From NCBI GenBank assembly GCA_001816585.1, contig MHCJ01000003.1, forward strand, positions 220,228 through 284,227: a stretch of 64,000 bases of DNA, given 5' to 3'. The stretch comes from Candidatus Chisholmbacteria bacterium RIFCSPHIGHO2_01_FULL_52_32. GTDB lineage: Bacteria > Patescibacteriota > Microgenomatia > UBA1400 > Chisholmbacteraceae. Positions 55,718 through 64,000 of the stretch are shown one piece after another. The position numbers and the translations under genes are program-made. Position 1 is the stretch's first letter; each line of letters starts with the position of its first letter. The notes under the pieces are model-generated. The model made no database searches, was not told the DNA's origin, and was given only the letters and a program-made list of their open reading frames with translations.

Positions 55718-57070
55718 TCAATTGGAATTCGATTTGTGGGTGTTTTCGAATGCGCGTTCACGAAGGACACGGTGGTAGTTCCTCGCAAAGCGGTGGGCTT
55801 CGTCGCGTACGTGCATAAGGAAGAGGATCACCGGGGAATGCTTCGGAATACTCAAGACGTAAAACCTTTGTTTGTAGATGACCAACTGCTCAAACCGCTT
55901 GGCCAGTCCTACGATCGGAATCCGATGGTGAAGTCCATAGCCTGCAAGGGCTTGCTTTGCGGCTTTAACCTGACCTTTGCCCCCGTCGATTAAAATAAGA
56001 TCCGGAAGCGGCCACTCACGATGACGAAGTCTTCGGAAGAGCACCTCGGACAGCATTGTCAGGTCATCAGGTCGGTCAGAAAAGCGGATTTTAAACATGC
56101 GGTAGTTTGTTTTATCCGGTATTCCATCGGTAAATACGACCATCGCGCCGGTTGCATTTTTCCCGGAGAGATTTGAGATATCGTACGCCTCTACCCGACG
56201 AAATGGATTTTCCGGGACGATTTGGTTGGTTTTGGCATAAAATGGCGCCAGCGTTGACCAAAGCTCCTGCCTCGGATCTTTTCGATGAGGTGCGTATCCC
56301 ACTGCGTCGCTTCCGTTCGCTGATGTTCTTCTGTTTACGACATCCTCAATTGCTTGCATTTGGTCACGAAGATCGGCAGCTTTTTCAAAATCGAGCGTAT
56401 TCACCGCTTGTTTCATCATTCTTTTCAAGTCCCGAATGACGGTTTGTTTTTTCCCGAGGAGAAAACGGCGAAGATTATCGATCATACGAGCATAGGCTTC
56501 TTCGCTGATCTTCCCTACACAGGCACCCGGGCAGAGAGCGAGGTGGAAATAAAAGCAGGCTTTTCCCTGTTTCTTTTGGGAAGGTTTTGCGTTGCAAAAG
56601 GGGAAGGCGTGGCGTATTACCTGTAACACTTGACGCGTTTGCTGGGCGGATGGGTATGGCCCGAAGATGGTACGTTTTTTCCCGCTTTCTCGTCCTTCAG
56701 GTTTTCGGATCATCAGGACACGGGGAAATATCTCATCCGTGATGGAGATATAGATCGGGGATTTGTCGTCCTTCAGGCGGACGTTGAATCTCGGCTGATA
56801 AGAACGGATGAGTTCCGCTTCCGAAAGGATTGCCTCAAAATCGCTTTCACAACGAATCCACTTGAGCCTTTTGGCAAGCTTTAGCATGAGTTGTATTCTT
56901 GGTTCAAGGTTTCTTTTGTGCTTGTAAGAGCGAATGCGCTTATTGAGATTTCCGGCCTTACCGACGTACAGCACCTCTCCTTCTTGAGAGAGAAAGAAGT
57001 AGACTCCCGGCTCTTGTGGAAGCTTTGGCGAGCGCTGCGCCCACGAGGAGCGCGAGTGTGTATTTTGCAA
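55718..57070 (-). CDS. uvrC: Excinuclease ABC subunit C (short, no C-terminal HhH)
   Basis: PGVYFF..LYVGKA GIY-YIG, Cys cluster, UVR domain FEKAADLRD, EAYDISN, PDLILIDGGKGQ, RDEAHRFA; start uncertain. Confidence 0.92.
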   Translation of the reverse strand: MQNTHSRSSWAQRSPKLPQEPGVYFFLSQEGEVLYVGKAGNLNKRIRSYKHKRNLEPRIQLMLKLAKRLKWIRCESDFEAILSEAELIRSYQPRFNVRLKDDKSPIYISITDEIFPRVLMIRKPEGRESGKKRTIFGPYPSAQQTRQVLQVIRHAFPFCNAKPSQKKQGKACFYFHLALCPGACVGKISEEAYARMIDNLRRFLLGKKQTVIRDLKRMMKQAVNTLDFEKAADLRDQMQAIEDVVNRRTSANGSDAVGYAPHRKDPRQELWSTLAPFYAKTNQIVPENPFRRVEAYDISNLSGKNATGAMVVFTDGIPDKTNYRMFKIRFSDRPDDLTMLSEVLFRRLRHREWPLPDLILIDGGKGQVKAAKQALAGYGLHHRIPIVGLAKRFEQLVIYKQRFYVLSIPKHSPVILFLMHVRDEAHRFARNYHRVLRERAFENTHKSNSN

Positions 57071-58838
57071 TTTCCCCTGAGATCGGTTGAAACGTAATTT
57101 GTGTTTCACTTTTCTCGTTCCCAACGGTTATTGTAAGCTCTCCAGCCGTATTGCTCAGCCAGTCCCGGTTTTTGAGCCGTATCGGTATGCTGGTTGAAGT
57201 AGAGGGCAGGAGTAGTTCGAGGCTTTGCGGAGGCAGTGTGAGTATATCAAACCCGTGAGACTCAAGGCGAATTGGTATTTGATGGAGGGCTGTCCCTCCA
57301 ACGTTCGTGACTTTAAGGAGCCCAGACACCTGAACACCACCGATAATATTTTTCGGTAACTTCAGAGTGAGAAGCATCTTTGATTCCAGGTCAGGATCTT
57401 CGTCATCCGGGGTAATGACGATGTCTTTTCCTTCGGAATTATCAATTTTGTAGAAACCGGCCGGGTAGGGCGTTTCAGCATTATTTCCGTGAATCACGAA
57501 GACCATGTGATTGAGGTCAAAGCGGGAGAAGTAGTCGATTCCTTGGGTTGTATTTTCCCAAGTAGGATCAACCGGTATCCAGCTTCTTTTTTCCTGATCG
57601 TAGTATTCAGGCCATGCATGAAGAATATCTTCGCGAAGGCTTAACGGGCGAAGGGTGGGGTTTTGGGTGTAGGCAAAGCCGTTGATCTCCCTGGCCGGAA
57701 TACCAGCGGACCGGGCGAGAGCGATGAAGAGGTCTGTGAATTCCATGCAGGTGGCTTGGTCCGGTTGCTCTAAGGCCTGTTTTGCTCCCAAGCGTCGTGC
57801 GCCGATCTTTACCCTATCATAGTTGTAGGAAAGTGTTTTTACGACATAACTATAGATGTTTTCGGGAGATTTCAGTTGTTGCGCGAGTGACCGGATCGCT
57901 TCGTCGTCCACCTGCCATGGTGGTTCGGGTTTCAAATATTCCTCCAGGTTGATTGATGTATCATTGGTGCTTGCTGTGTTACTCCAGCTTTGCGGCGTCA
58001 GATACAGAAGAGCTTTTCCTGTTGCATGGATTTCGAGCTCTTGATTTGCCCTGACGATGTAGGTTGCGAGCCAATTGCCATCGGTGTCCATCCGTATCGT
58101 TTGAGGAGGAGGAGAAATCCTGTCGTAGACCATCCGTTGGTATGCAGTATCGGGCGGTAAGGCAATTTCAAGCGACTTACTGATTGGGCCTTGGTTGTCT
58201 AATGCATAGCGAAGGTCGAAGTCAAACACCTGTTTATCTCCGAAAAGCGCGGTGACACCGCGAGACTTCAGGTTTTCATCCGTAAAGATATAGTGCGTTC
58301 CATCCGATCTGACCGCCACGCTTTGGGGTTCCGGGGTGATTTGCACCGGAGCCTTAAATTCCTTTGGAACGATGAGCGTGATGGTATAGGAGGTAAACTC
58401 GGTCAGGTCTTCCGGACGGGGAACATTGATTTCCCAGACCCTGCCAACTTTTGAGGCAATATCTTCATCGTCGTATCCGATCGTAAAATGCAGAATTTGC
58501 CCGAGTCCCACGACCTTGTCTCGAAAATCTACCTTAATCGTTGAGGCATTGGGGCTCGTTTGTATTGAAGGCTCAAGGTTACCGATTCCATCTTTCGCCC
58601 AGACATGATTAATTCTTGTGGTTCCGATTGTCATTGAGTACTGGGTGGCGTAGATATTGTGGCGTTTGTTCTTAAGGGAAATTGTGTGGTTCACTGAAGT
58701 CGTTCCAGAAAGGTCCACCCGGTAGGTAGCTTGGGCAGATGCATCGAAATCTTCGGAAGCTTGGGCCGCTTTTCCCGTTAAGGCCGAAAAGACTATCACG
58801 CAAAGAAATACGCGCCAAAATCGTTTAAGGAATGACAT
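56958..58838 (-). CDS. Secreted/membrane transglutaminase-domain protein
   Basis: Signal peptide, CMEFTDLFIA, GIPARE, HAWPEYY, PVDPTW, C-terminal TM. Confidence 0.88.
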   Translation of the reverse strand: MSFLKRFWRVFLCVIVFSALTGKAAQASEDFDASAQATYRVDLSGTTSVNHTISLKNKRHNIYATQYSMTIGTTRINHVWAKDGIGNLEPSIQTSPNASTIKVDFRDKVVGLGQILHFTIGYDDEDIASKVGRVWEINVPRPEDLTEFTSYTITLIVPKEFKAPVQITPEPQSVAVRSDGTHYIFTDENLKSRGVTALFGDKQVFDFDLRYALDNQGPISKSLEIALPPDTAYQRMVYDRISPPPQTIRMDTDGNWLATYIVRANQELEIHATGKALLYLTPQSWSNTASTNDTSINLEEYLKPEPPWQVDDEAIRSLAQQLKSPENIYSYVVKTLSYNYDRVKIGARRLGAKQALEQPDQATCMEFTDLFIALARSAGIPAREINGFAYTQNPTLRPLSLREDILHAWPEYYDQEKRSWIPVDPTWENTTQGIDYFSRFDLNHMVFVIHGNNAETPYPAGFYKIDNSEGKDIVITPDDEDPDLESKMLLTLKLPKNIIGGVQVSGLLKVTNVGGTALHQIPIRLESHGFDILTLPPQSLELLLPSTSTSIPIRLKNRDWLSNTAGELTITVGNEKSETQITFQPISGEIAKYTLALLVGAALAKASTRAGSLLLSLSRRRGAVRR

Positions 58839-58907
58839 CTTTCCCCATTGTAGTGAAAGCATGTTTGAAAAGGAACTATACCCCTTTTACTCCAGATTGT
58901 TTCGTTC

Positions 58908-59041
58908 GTGGGCTTATTCCCTCAATCGCACCAGATGTTTCGCCTTTGTCATCAGCCAGGGCTTTATTCTGGCTGCTTCGGCGGGCAGGCAGCCAAACTC
59001 CACATCTGGAGAATCGGGCTCGCCTCGCTGTCGAAGCGGGG
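58908..59041. ncRNA. Candidate structured non-coding RNA (rod-like with internal bubbles)
   Basis: Nested pairings GTGGGCT/GGCTCGC, ATTC/GAAT, CCAGATGT/ACATCTGG, TGGCTGC/GCAGCCA in a 245-nt intergenic gap. Confidence 0.4.
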
Positions 59042-59083
59042 TATTGCACGCTATTGTTATTTGCAAATTCAAGTAAGATGAGT

Positions 59084-62020
59084 TTAGGATGTTAACGGAA
59101 GAAATTGCCTCAAGTATTGACCGGTGTATGATCGTTTTACTTTTGCCACTTCAAGCGGCGTTCCTGTGGCGACCACTTCTCCCCCATCGTCTCCTCCGTC
59201 GGGGCCAAGGTCAATGATGTGGTCGGCATTTTTGATGACATCGAGGTTGTGTTCGATGACAATGACGGTGTTCCCGGCATCGGTCAGCTTACGGAGTACC
59301 TTCAAAAGCTTTTCAAGGTCTGCGAAATGCAGACCCGTGGTGGGCTCATCGAGAAGGTAGACGGTGTGGCCGGTGGTTTTTACCGAGAGTTCCCTAGCGA
59401 TTTTTATTCTCTGGGCTTCGCCTCCGGAGAGGGTTGGGGCTGGTTGTCCCAGTTCGATGTATCCCAGACCAACGTCCTTGATCGTCTGAAGCTTCTCCTG
59501 AAGAACCGGTACGTTTGCGAAAAAGTCCAGCGCTTCTTCCACCGTCATTTGTAACACGTCGCTCACCGTTTTTCCCTTGTATTGAATTTCCAGTGTTTCG
59601 GTATTATAGCGTTTTCCAAGGCATACCTCACACTTCACGTATACATCCGGGAGAAATTGCATTTCTATTTTCACCTCTCCGCCACCTTGACAGGCTTCGC
59701 AGCGCCCTCCGCGGATATTGAAGGAGAAACGACCGGGTCGGTAGCCTCGGACAGCGGATTCTTTGGTGAGTGCGAAGAGCTGGCGGATGTGGTCGAATAC
59801 TTTGGTATAGGTGGCCGGATTTGATCTGGGGGTTCTCCCAATCGGGTTTTGGTCAATCAATCGTACCCGTGCCACGCCTCCGAGACCGACGATCTCTTCG
59901 AATCTGCCCGGCTTATCCCGATGAAGAAAATTAAGTTCCCTGGCAATGGCGTGATAGAGAATACTGTGAACCAGCGTCGATTTTCCGGATCCGGATACCC
60001 CTGTCACGCAGATCAATCTTTGCAAGGGAAAGGATACTGTGATGTTCTTCAAGTTGTGCTCTTTGCATCCGCGCAGGATAAGATTTGATGGTTCCGAAGG
60101 TTTCTCGGTCAGATGTTTCTCAATTGCAATTCTTTTCTTGCCTGAGAGATACTTTCCGGTGAGTGAAACGGGAGATCGTTTAATCATGTTCGGTGGTCCT
60201 TTGGCAACAACCTCTCCCCCACGCTTCCCCGCACCGGGACCGAAGTCGATGATCCAGTCCGCGTTCTCCATAGTTTCGCGATCGTGTTCAACCAAAAGGA
60301 CGGTGTTGCCCAGGTCTCTCAACTGCTTCAGCGTGGTCAGGAGTCTCCTGTTATCTTTTTGATGAAGACCGATGGTCGGTTCATCTAGCACATACAGAAC
60401 ACCCGACAGTCCACTGCCGATCTGTGAGGCGAGCCTGATCCGCTGCGACTCTCCTCCGGAGAGCGAAGACGCTTCTCTTGAGAGGGTGATGTATGAGAGA
60501 CCAACGGAAGTCAAAAATCCCAAGCGTGCTTTCAACTCTTTGAGGATTGGAGATGCAATTTGCGTTTCGCGCTGCGAGATTGCATTCTCCTGAGACAGAC
60601 TTTGTACCCACTCCAAAGACTCGCTAATTTGAAGGTCTGTTGATTCGACGATGTTGTGATCCCGTATCGTTACGGAAAGGGCTTCTTTTTTCAGGCGTTT
60701 TCCTTCACATGCCGGACATATTTCTTTACGCATGAACTTTTCTATCTCTGCCCGGATGATTTCAGAGTCGGTCTCTCTGTATCTTCGATTGAGATTTTCG
60801 ATTACTCCCTCGAATACGGTATCAAAGGATGTAGTTCTCCCGAACCGATTCGGACCGTATACCGTAAAAATGCGGGAGGGATCTCCGAACAAAAGCAAAT
60901 TTCTTAACGATTCAGAACAATTCTTCCAGGGGGTATGAGGGGATTCATTGTAGGCCTCAAGGATCGTGCCGATGGTTCTTGCGAACCATGTTTCCCTTTG
61001 TACTGTCCGTGCATACGGCAAGATTGCTCCCTGGGCGATTGTGAGGTCCGGATTTACTACGAGCTCCGGGGCAACCTTTAATAAGGAACCGATACCGTTG
61101 CAGGTTGGACAGGCTCCATGGGGAGAATTAAAGGAGAACGAACGCGGTTCAATTTCCGGGAGGCTCAGGTTGTCCTCCGGGCAAGCAAACCATTCTGAGT
61201 ACAAATGATCCGTTGTTTGCGACGGTTTTTCCGGAAACGTAAACCCACTATCTTTGACTATACATGCCGTGAGGAGGCCACCGGAGACCTCAAGGGCTTG
61301 CTCAACGGTACCGGCGATCCTGGCGCGGAGATTTACCTGTGCTTCTGGTTGACGTGATTCCCTCATTGTCCAGGTGATCCTGTCAAGAACAACGTCAATA
61401 CTATGCTTGTTCGTCTTAATCAGGAGGAAATCTTCGTCTAAGGCGAACATCCGGCCATCGATACGCACCCTTTGAAAACCTTGTGAGCGCAGGTTTTCAA
61501 ACAGAGCCGTGAACTCCCCTTTCCTGTCCCGGATTACCGGAGCGAGAATGATGGCTTTTACCTGCCCACTATTTTGGATTTCCGAACCAAGAAGTTTCAT
61601 CACTGAATCTGTGATCTCGCCCGGAGATTGCTTGGAGATTTCGCGGCCGCATTTCGGACAATGCGGGTGGCCGATGCGTGCAAATAGCAAGCGCAGGTAG
61701 TCGTATATTTCGGTGGTGGTACCGACCGTAGACCTTGGGTTGTGGGAGATGGATTTTTGGTCAATGGCGATTGCGGGTGAGAGACCGTCAATCGTCTCGA
61801 CATCCGGTTTGTCCATGATACCTAAAAACTGCCTGGCGTAGGCTGAGAGTGATTCTACGTATCTCCGTTGGCCCTCTGCGTAAATCGTGTCAAAAGCAAG
61901 AGAGCTTTTACCGCTACCGGAAAGTCCCGTGAGTACGATCAATTTGTTCTTCGGAATATCTACGTTTATATTTTTGAGGTTATGTTGTCTGGCTCCCTTG
62001 ATGCTGATCACGTCTTTCAT
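59084..62020 (-). CDS. uvrA: Excinuclease ABC subunit A
   Basis: GARQHNLKN, two Walker A motifs, FSFNSPHGAC zinc finger, two LSGGE signatures. Confidence 0.97.
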   Translation of the reverse strand: MKDVISIKGARQHNLKNINVDIPKNKLIVLTGLSGSGKSSLAFDTIYAEGQRRYVESLSAYARQFLGIMDKPDVETIDGLSPAIAIDQKSISHNPRSTVGTTTEIYDYLRLLFARIGHPHCPKCGREISKQSPGEITDSVMKLLGSEIQNSGQVKAIILAPVIRDRKGEFTALFENLRSQGFQRVRIDGRMFALDEDFLLIKTNKHSIDVVLDRITWTMRESRQPEAQVNLRARIAGTVEQALEVSGGLLTACIVKDSGFTFPEKPSQTTDHLYSEWFACPEDNLSLPEIEPRSFSFNSPHGACPTCNGIGSLLKVAPELVVNPDLTIAQGAILPYARTVQRETWFARTIGTILEAYNESPHTPWKNCSESLRNLLLFGDPSRIFTVYGPNRFGRTTSFDTVFEGVIENLNRRYRETDSEIIRAEIEKFMRKEICPACEGKRLKKEALSVTIRDHNIVESTDLQISESLEWVQSLSQENAISQRETQIASPILKELKARLGFLTSVGLSYITLSREASSLSGGESQRIRLASQIGSGLSGVLYVLDEPTIGLHQKDNRRLLTTLKQLRDLGNTVLLVEHDRETMENADWIIDFGPGAGKRGGEVVAKGPPNMIKRSPVSLTGKYLSGKKRIAIEKHLTEKPSEPSNLILRGCKEHNLKNITVSFPLQRLICVTGVSGSGKSTLVHSILYHAIARELNFLHRDKPGRFEEIVGLGGVARVRLIDQNPIGRTPRSNPATYTKVFDHIRQLFALTKESAVRGYRPGRFSFNIRGGRCEACQGGGEVKIEMQFLPDVYVKCEVCLGKRYNTETLEIQYKGKTVSDVLQMTVEEALDFFANVPVLQEKLQTIKDVGLGYIELGQPAPTLSGGEAQRIKIARELSVKTTGHTVYLLDEPTTGLHFADLEKLLKVLRKLTDAGNTVIVIEHNLDVIKNADHIIDLGPDGGDDGGEVVATGTPLEVAKVKRSYTGQYLRQFLPLTS

Positions 62021-62192
62021 TAACGGTGGCCCTCCTTTCAGTCCCAAACTGCCATTATACCTCGGGCAGCTTGGTTTTGGAAGGTACCAGCTAGTCTATT
62101 TATTTAAGGAAAGGAGAGGAGTTTGGGAGAGCCGCTTGAAGAATTTAAAGCGCCTTTCGGAATGTCCGGAAGGTGTGTTCTGGGTTTCTTTA

Positions 62193-64000
62193 TCATTCAC
62201 TTGTTAATTTAGCAATCGCATCGCGAAGTTTTGCTGCGAGCTCGAAGTTTAAGTGCCTCGCTTCGGCATGCATTGCCTTGGTGAGTTTGTCTTTCAACTG
62301 GTTTTTGTTTTGAGGAGTCAGGGAGTCAACTTCTATGTTATCGAGGCTTACAGAGTGCCATTTTGACAGTTGAATTTGATATCCCTCCCCTTGCTTGGCC
62401 GAAGCTTCCCTTATTAACTTTTCGCGGATTGGTTTTTGTATCGACTTTGGTGTAATGCCATGTTTTTTGTTGAACTCGAGCTGAACGCCGCGTCTTCTTC
62501 GGACCTCTTCAATTGCCCTTTGCATAGATCCGGTAACGCTGTCCGCATACATAATCACTCGTCCATCGAGATGCCTGGCTGCACGGCCCATCGTTTGAAT
62601 GAGTGATGTTTCGGATCGTAGGAATCCTTCTTTATCTGCATCGAGGATAGCTACAAGTGAAACTTCCGGAAGGTCAAGCCCTTCCCTGAGGAGGTTGATG
62701 CCCACAACGACGTCGTATGTTCCCTGCCTAAGATTGTCCAAAATATCGCTTCTTTTGAGTGTCGTGATATCGCTGTGAAGGTAATGAATACGGATTTGGC
62801 GTGTCTCAAGGTATTCCGACAGGGCTTCGGCAGTCCTTTTCGTCAGTGTTGTTACGAGAGTACGCTCTCCCCGGTTCACCCTTTGGCGGATTTCTTTCAG
62901 GAGGTCGTCAATCTGATTTTCCGTCGGCCGGATTTCAATCTCCGGATCAATAAGTCCTGTCGGGCGGATGAGTTGCTCGACCGTTTGGGTGGCGGCGCGT
63001 CGTTCCCAGTCGTTGGGTGTTGCAGAGGTACAGATGATCCGCGGCGTTCTCGAAAGGAATTCGGTAAAGTTCAACGGGCGATTATCGATTGCAGATGGGA
63101 GCCGGAATCCATAATCAACCAGCGTTTGCTTGCGCGACTTATCTCCTTCGTGCATCCCTCGAATTTGGGGGATAGTGATATGGCTTTCGTCGATCATGAC
63201 AAGGAAGTCCGGATCGCAATGAAGGAAATGGTCAAGAAGAGTTTGGGGCGGCTCACCCGGCCTTCTGCCGTCAAAATACCGCGAATAATTCTCGATGCCG
63301 TTAACGTAACCGAACTCCTTAACCATTTCTAAGTCAGCTTGGACACGCTGCTTTAAGCGATGCGCTTCGAGCTGTCTGTCTTCTTGGTTCAGCTGTTTGA
63401 CTCTCTGCCGCAGGTCTTTTTGGATTTCCAGAAAGACTTCCTTGTACGATGCCGGATCGGTTATGTAGTGTTTTGACGGGTAGATGATGACTTTGCCCGG
63501 ATTACTATCTGCTTTGGACTTTGGCTTTGCGCGCGTGAGCGGGTCAAAGGAGGTGATGCTTTGCACGGTATCCATGAGCCACTGGATTCTTAACGCTTTG
63601 TCCTCATATGCCGGCCAAACCTCGGCAGAATCACCCCTGACACGGAATGTCCCTCTTTGGAGTTCGTAATCACTCCGTTCGTATTGGAGTTCAACCAAAC
63701 GGGACAGGATTTCTTTTTGAGGCCTGGTTTCCCCGACCTTGATCTCGAGAATAAACCTTCCGTACTCGATCGGAGAACCGAGATTATAGATACACGATAC
63801 CGAGGCAACGACAATGACGTCTTTCCTCGTCAGAAGGTTTGTTGTAGTTGCGAGCCTTAACCTATCAATTTCCTCATTTATCTCCGTTTCCTTGTCAATG
63901 AAGGTGTCGGTTTGAGGGATGTACGCTTCCGGTTGATAGTAGTCGTAATACGAGACGAAGTAACTGACCGCGTTTTCGGGAAAAAAGTCCCTGAATTCCT
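62193..64000 (-). CDS. uvrB: Excinuclease ABC subunit B (5' end outside window)
   Basis: YFVSYYDYYQPEAY at window end, GIENYSR, DESHITIPQ, GINLLREGLD, QTMGRAAR, UVR domain. Confidence 0.96.
   Translation of the reverse strand, partial: EFRDFFPENAVSYFVSYYDYYQPEAYIPQTDTFIDKETEINEEIDRLRLATTTNLLTRKDVIVVASVSCIYNLGSPIEYGRFILEIKVGETRPQKEILSRLVELQYERSDYELQRGTFRVRGDSAEVWPAYEDKALRIQWLMDTVQSITSFDPLTRAKPKSKADSNPGKVIIYPSKHYITDPASYKEVFLEIQKDLRQRVKQLNQEDRQLEAHRLKQRVQADLEMVKEFGYVNGIENYSRYFDGRRPGEPPQTLLDHFLHCDPDFLVMIDESHITIPQIRGMHEGDKSRKQTLVDYGFRLPSAIDNRPLNFTEFLSRTPRIICTSATPNDWERRAATQTVEQLIRPTGLIDPEIEIRPTENQIDDLLKEIRQRVNRGERTLVTTLTKRTAEALSEYLETRQIRIHYLHSDITTLKRSDILDNLRQGTYDVVVGINLLREGLDLPEVSLVAILDADKEGFLRSETSLIQTMGRAARHLDGRVIMYADSVTGSMQRAIEEVRRRRGVQLEFNKKHGITPKSIQKPIREKLIREASAKQGEGYQIQLSKWHSVSLDNIEVDSLTPQNKNQLKDKLTKAMHAEARHLNFELAAKLRDAIAKLTSE

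Noticed and set aside
58925-59010. Hammerhead ribozyme or SRP RNA on the minus strand (CTGATGA..GAAA; GAAGCAGC)
   Set aside because: Stem II is too short, the cleavage-site base would be G and stem I is not adjacent; the SRP helix 8 motif is incomplete

Overview
Chromosomal window from a reduced-genome bacterium. Gene content and order (type IV pilus locus without a secretin, short PheT, trigger factor and UvrC, no amino-acid biosynthesis genes, leaderless-type promoters) suggest Patescibacteria/CPR, probably Microgenomates; this is an inference. Contents in order: partial membrane pyrophosphatase, gyrB-type topoisomerase, holB-like gene, 13-kb type IV pilus cluster with a tandemly duplicated major pilin, rpsP/rnc/acp/nusB/rpmF/recG, a small accessory island with gene fragments and a RelBE-type toxin-antitoxin pair, tyrS, PBP1A, pheT-GxxExxY-pheS, rplT-rpmI-infC-thrS, 14 intact tRNAs, cell-envelope enzymes, a second GspE/PilB ATPase, secG and uvrC/uvrA/uvrB. 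The most unusual signal is at the tRNA loci. An intact tRNA-Gly(TCC) sits inside the anticodon loop of another tRNA-Gly, and an intact tRNA-Pro(TGG) sits inside the anticodon arm of a Pro-type tRNA, each bracketed by inverted repeats. Two further tRNAs (Gly-GCC, Gln-TTG) are followed by the same non-coding mini-element that duplicates the tRNA 3' end and carries a host-matched antisense copy. Other candidates are a GxxExxY nuclease gene enclosed by a stem joining the pheS stop to the pheT start, two leader-peptide attenuators before unknown small ORFs, and many intergenic 7-mer repeat tracts with inverted arms. No database searches or folding programs were run; all alignments and pairings were read by eye.
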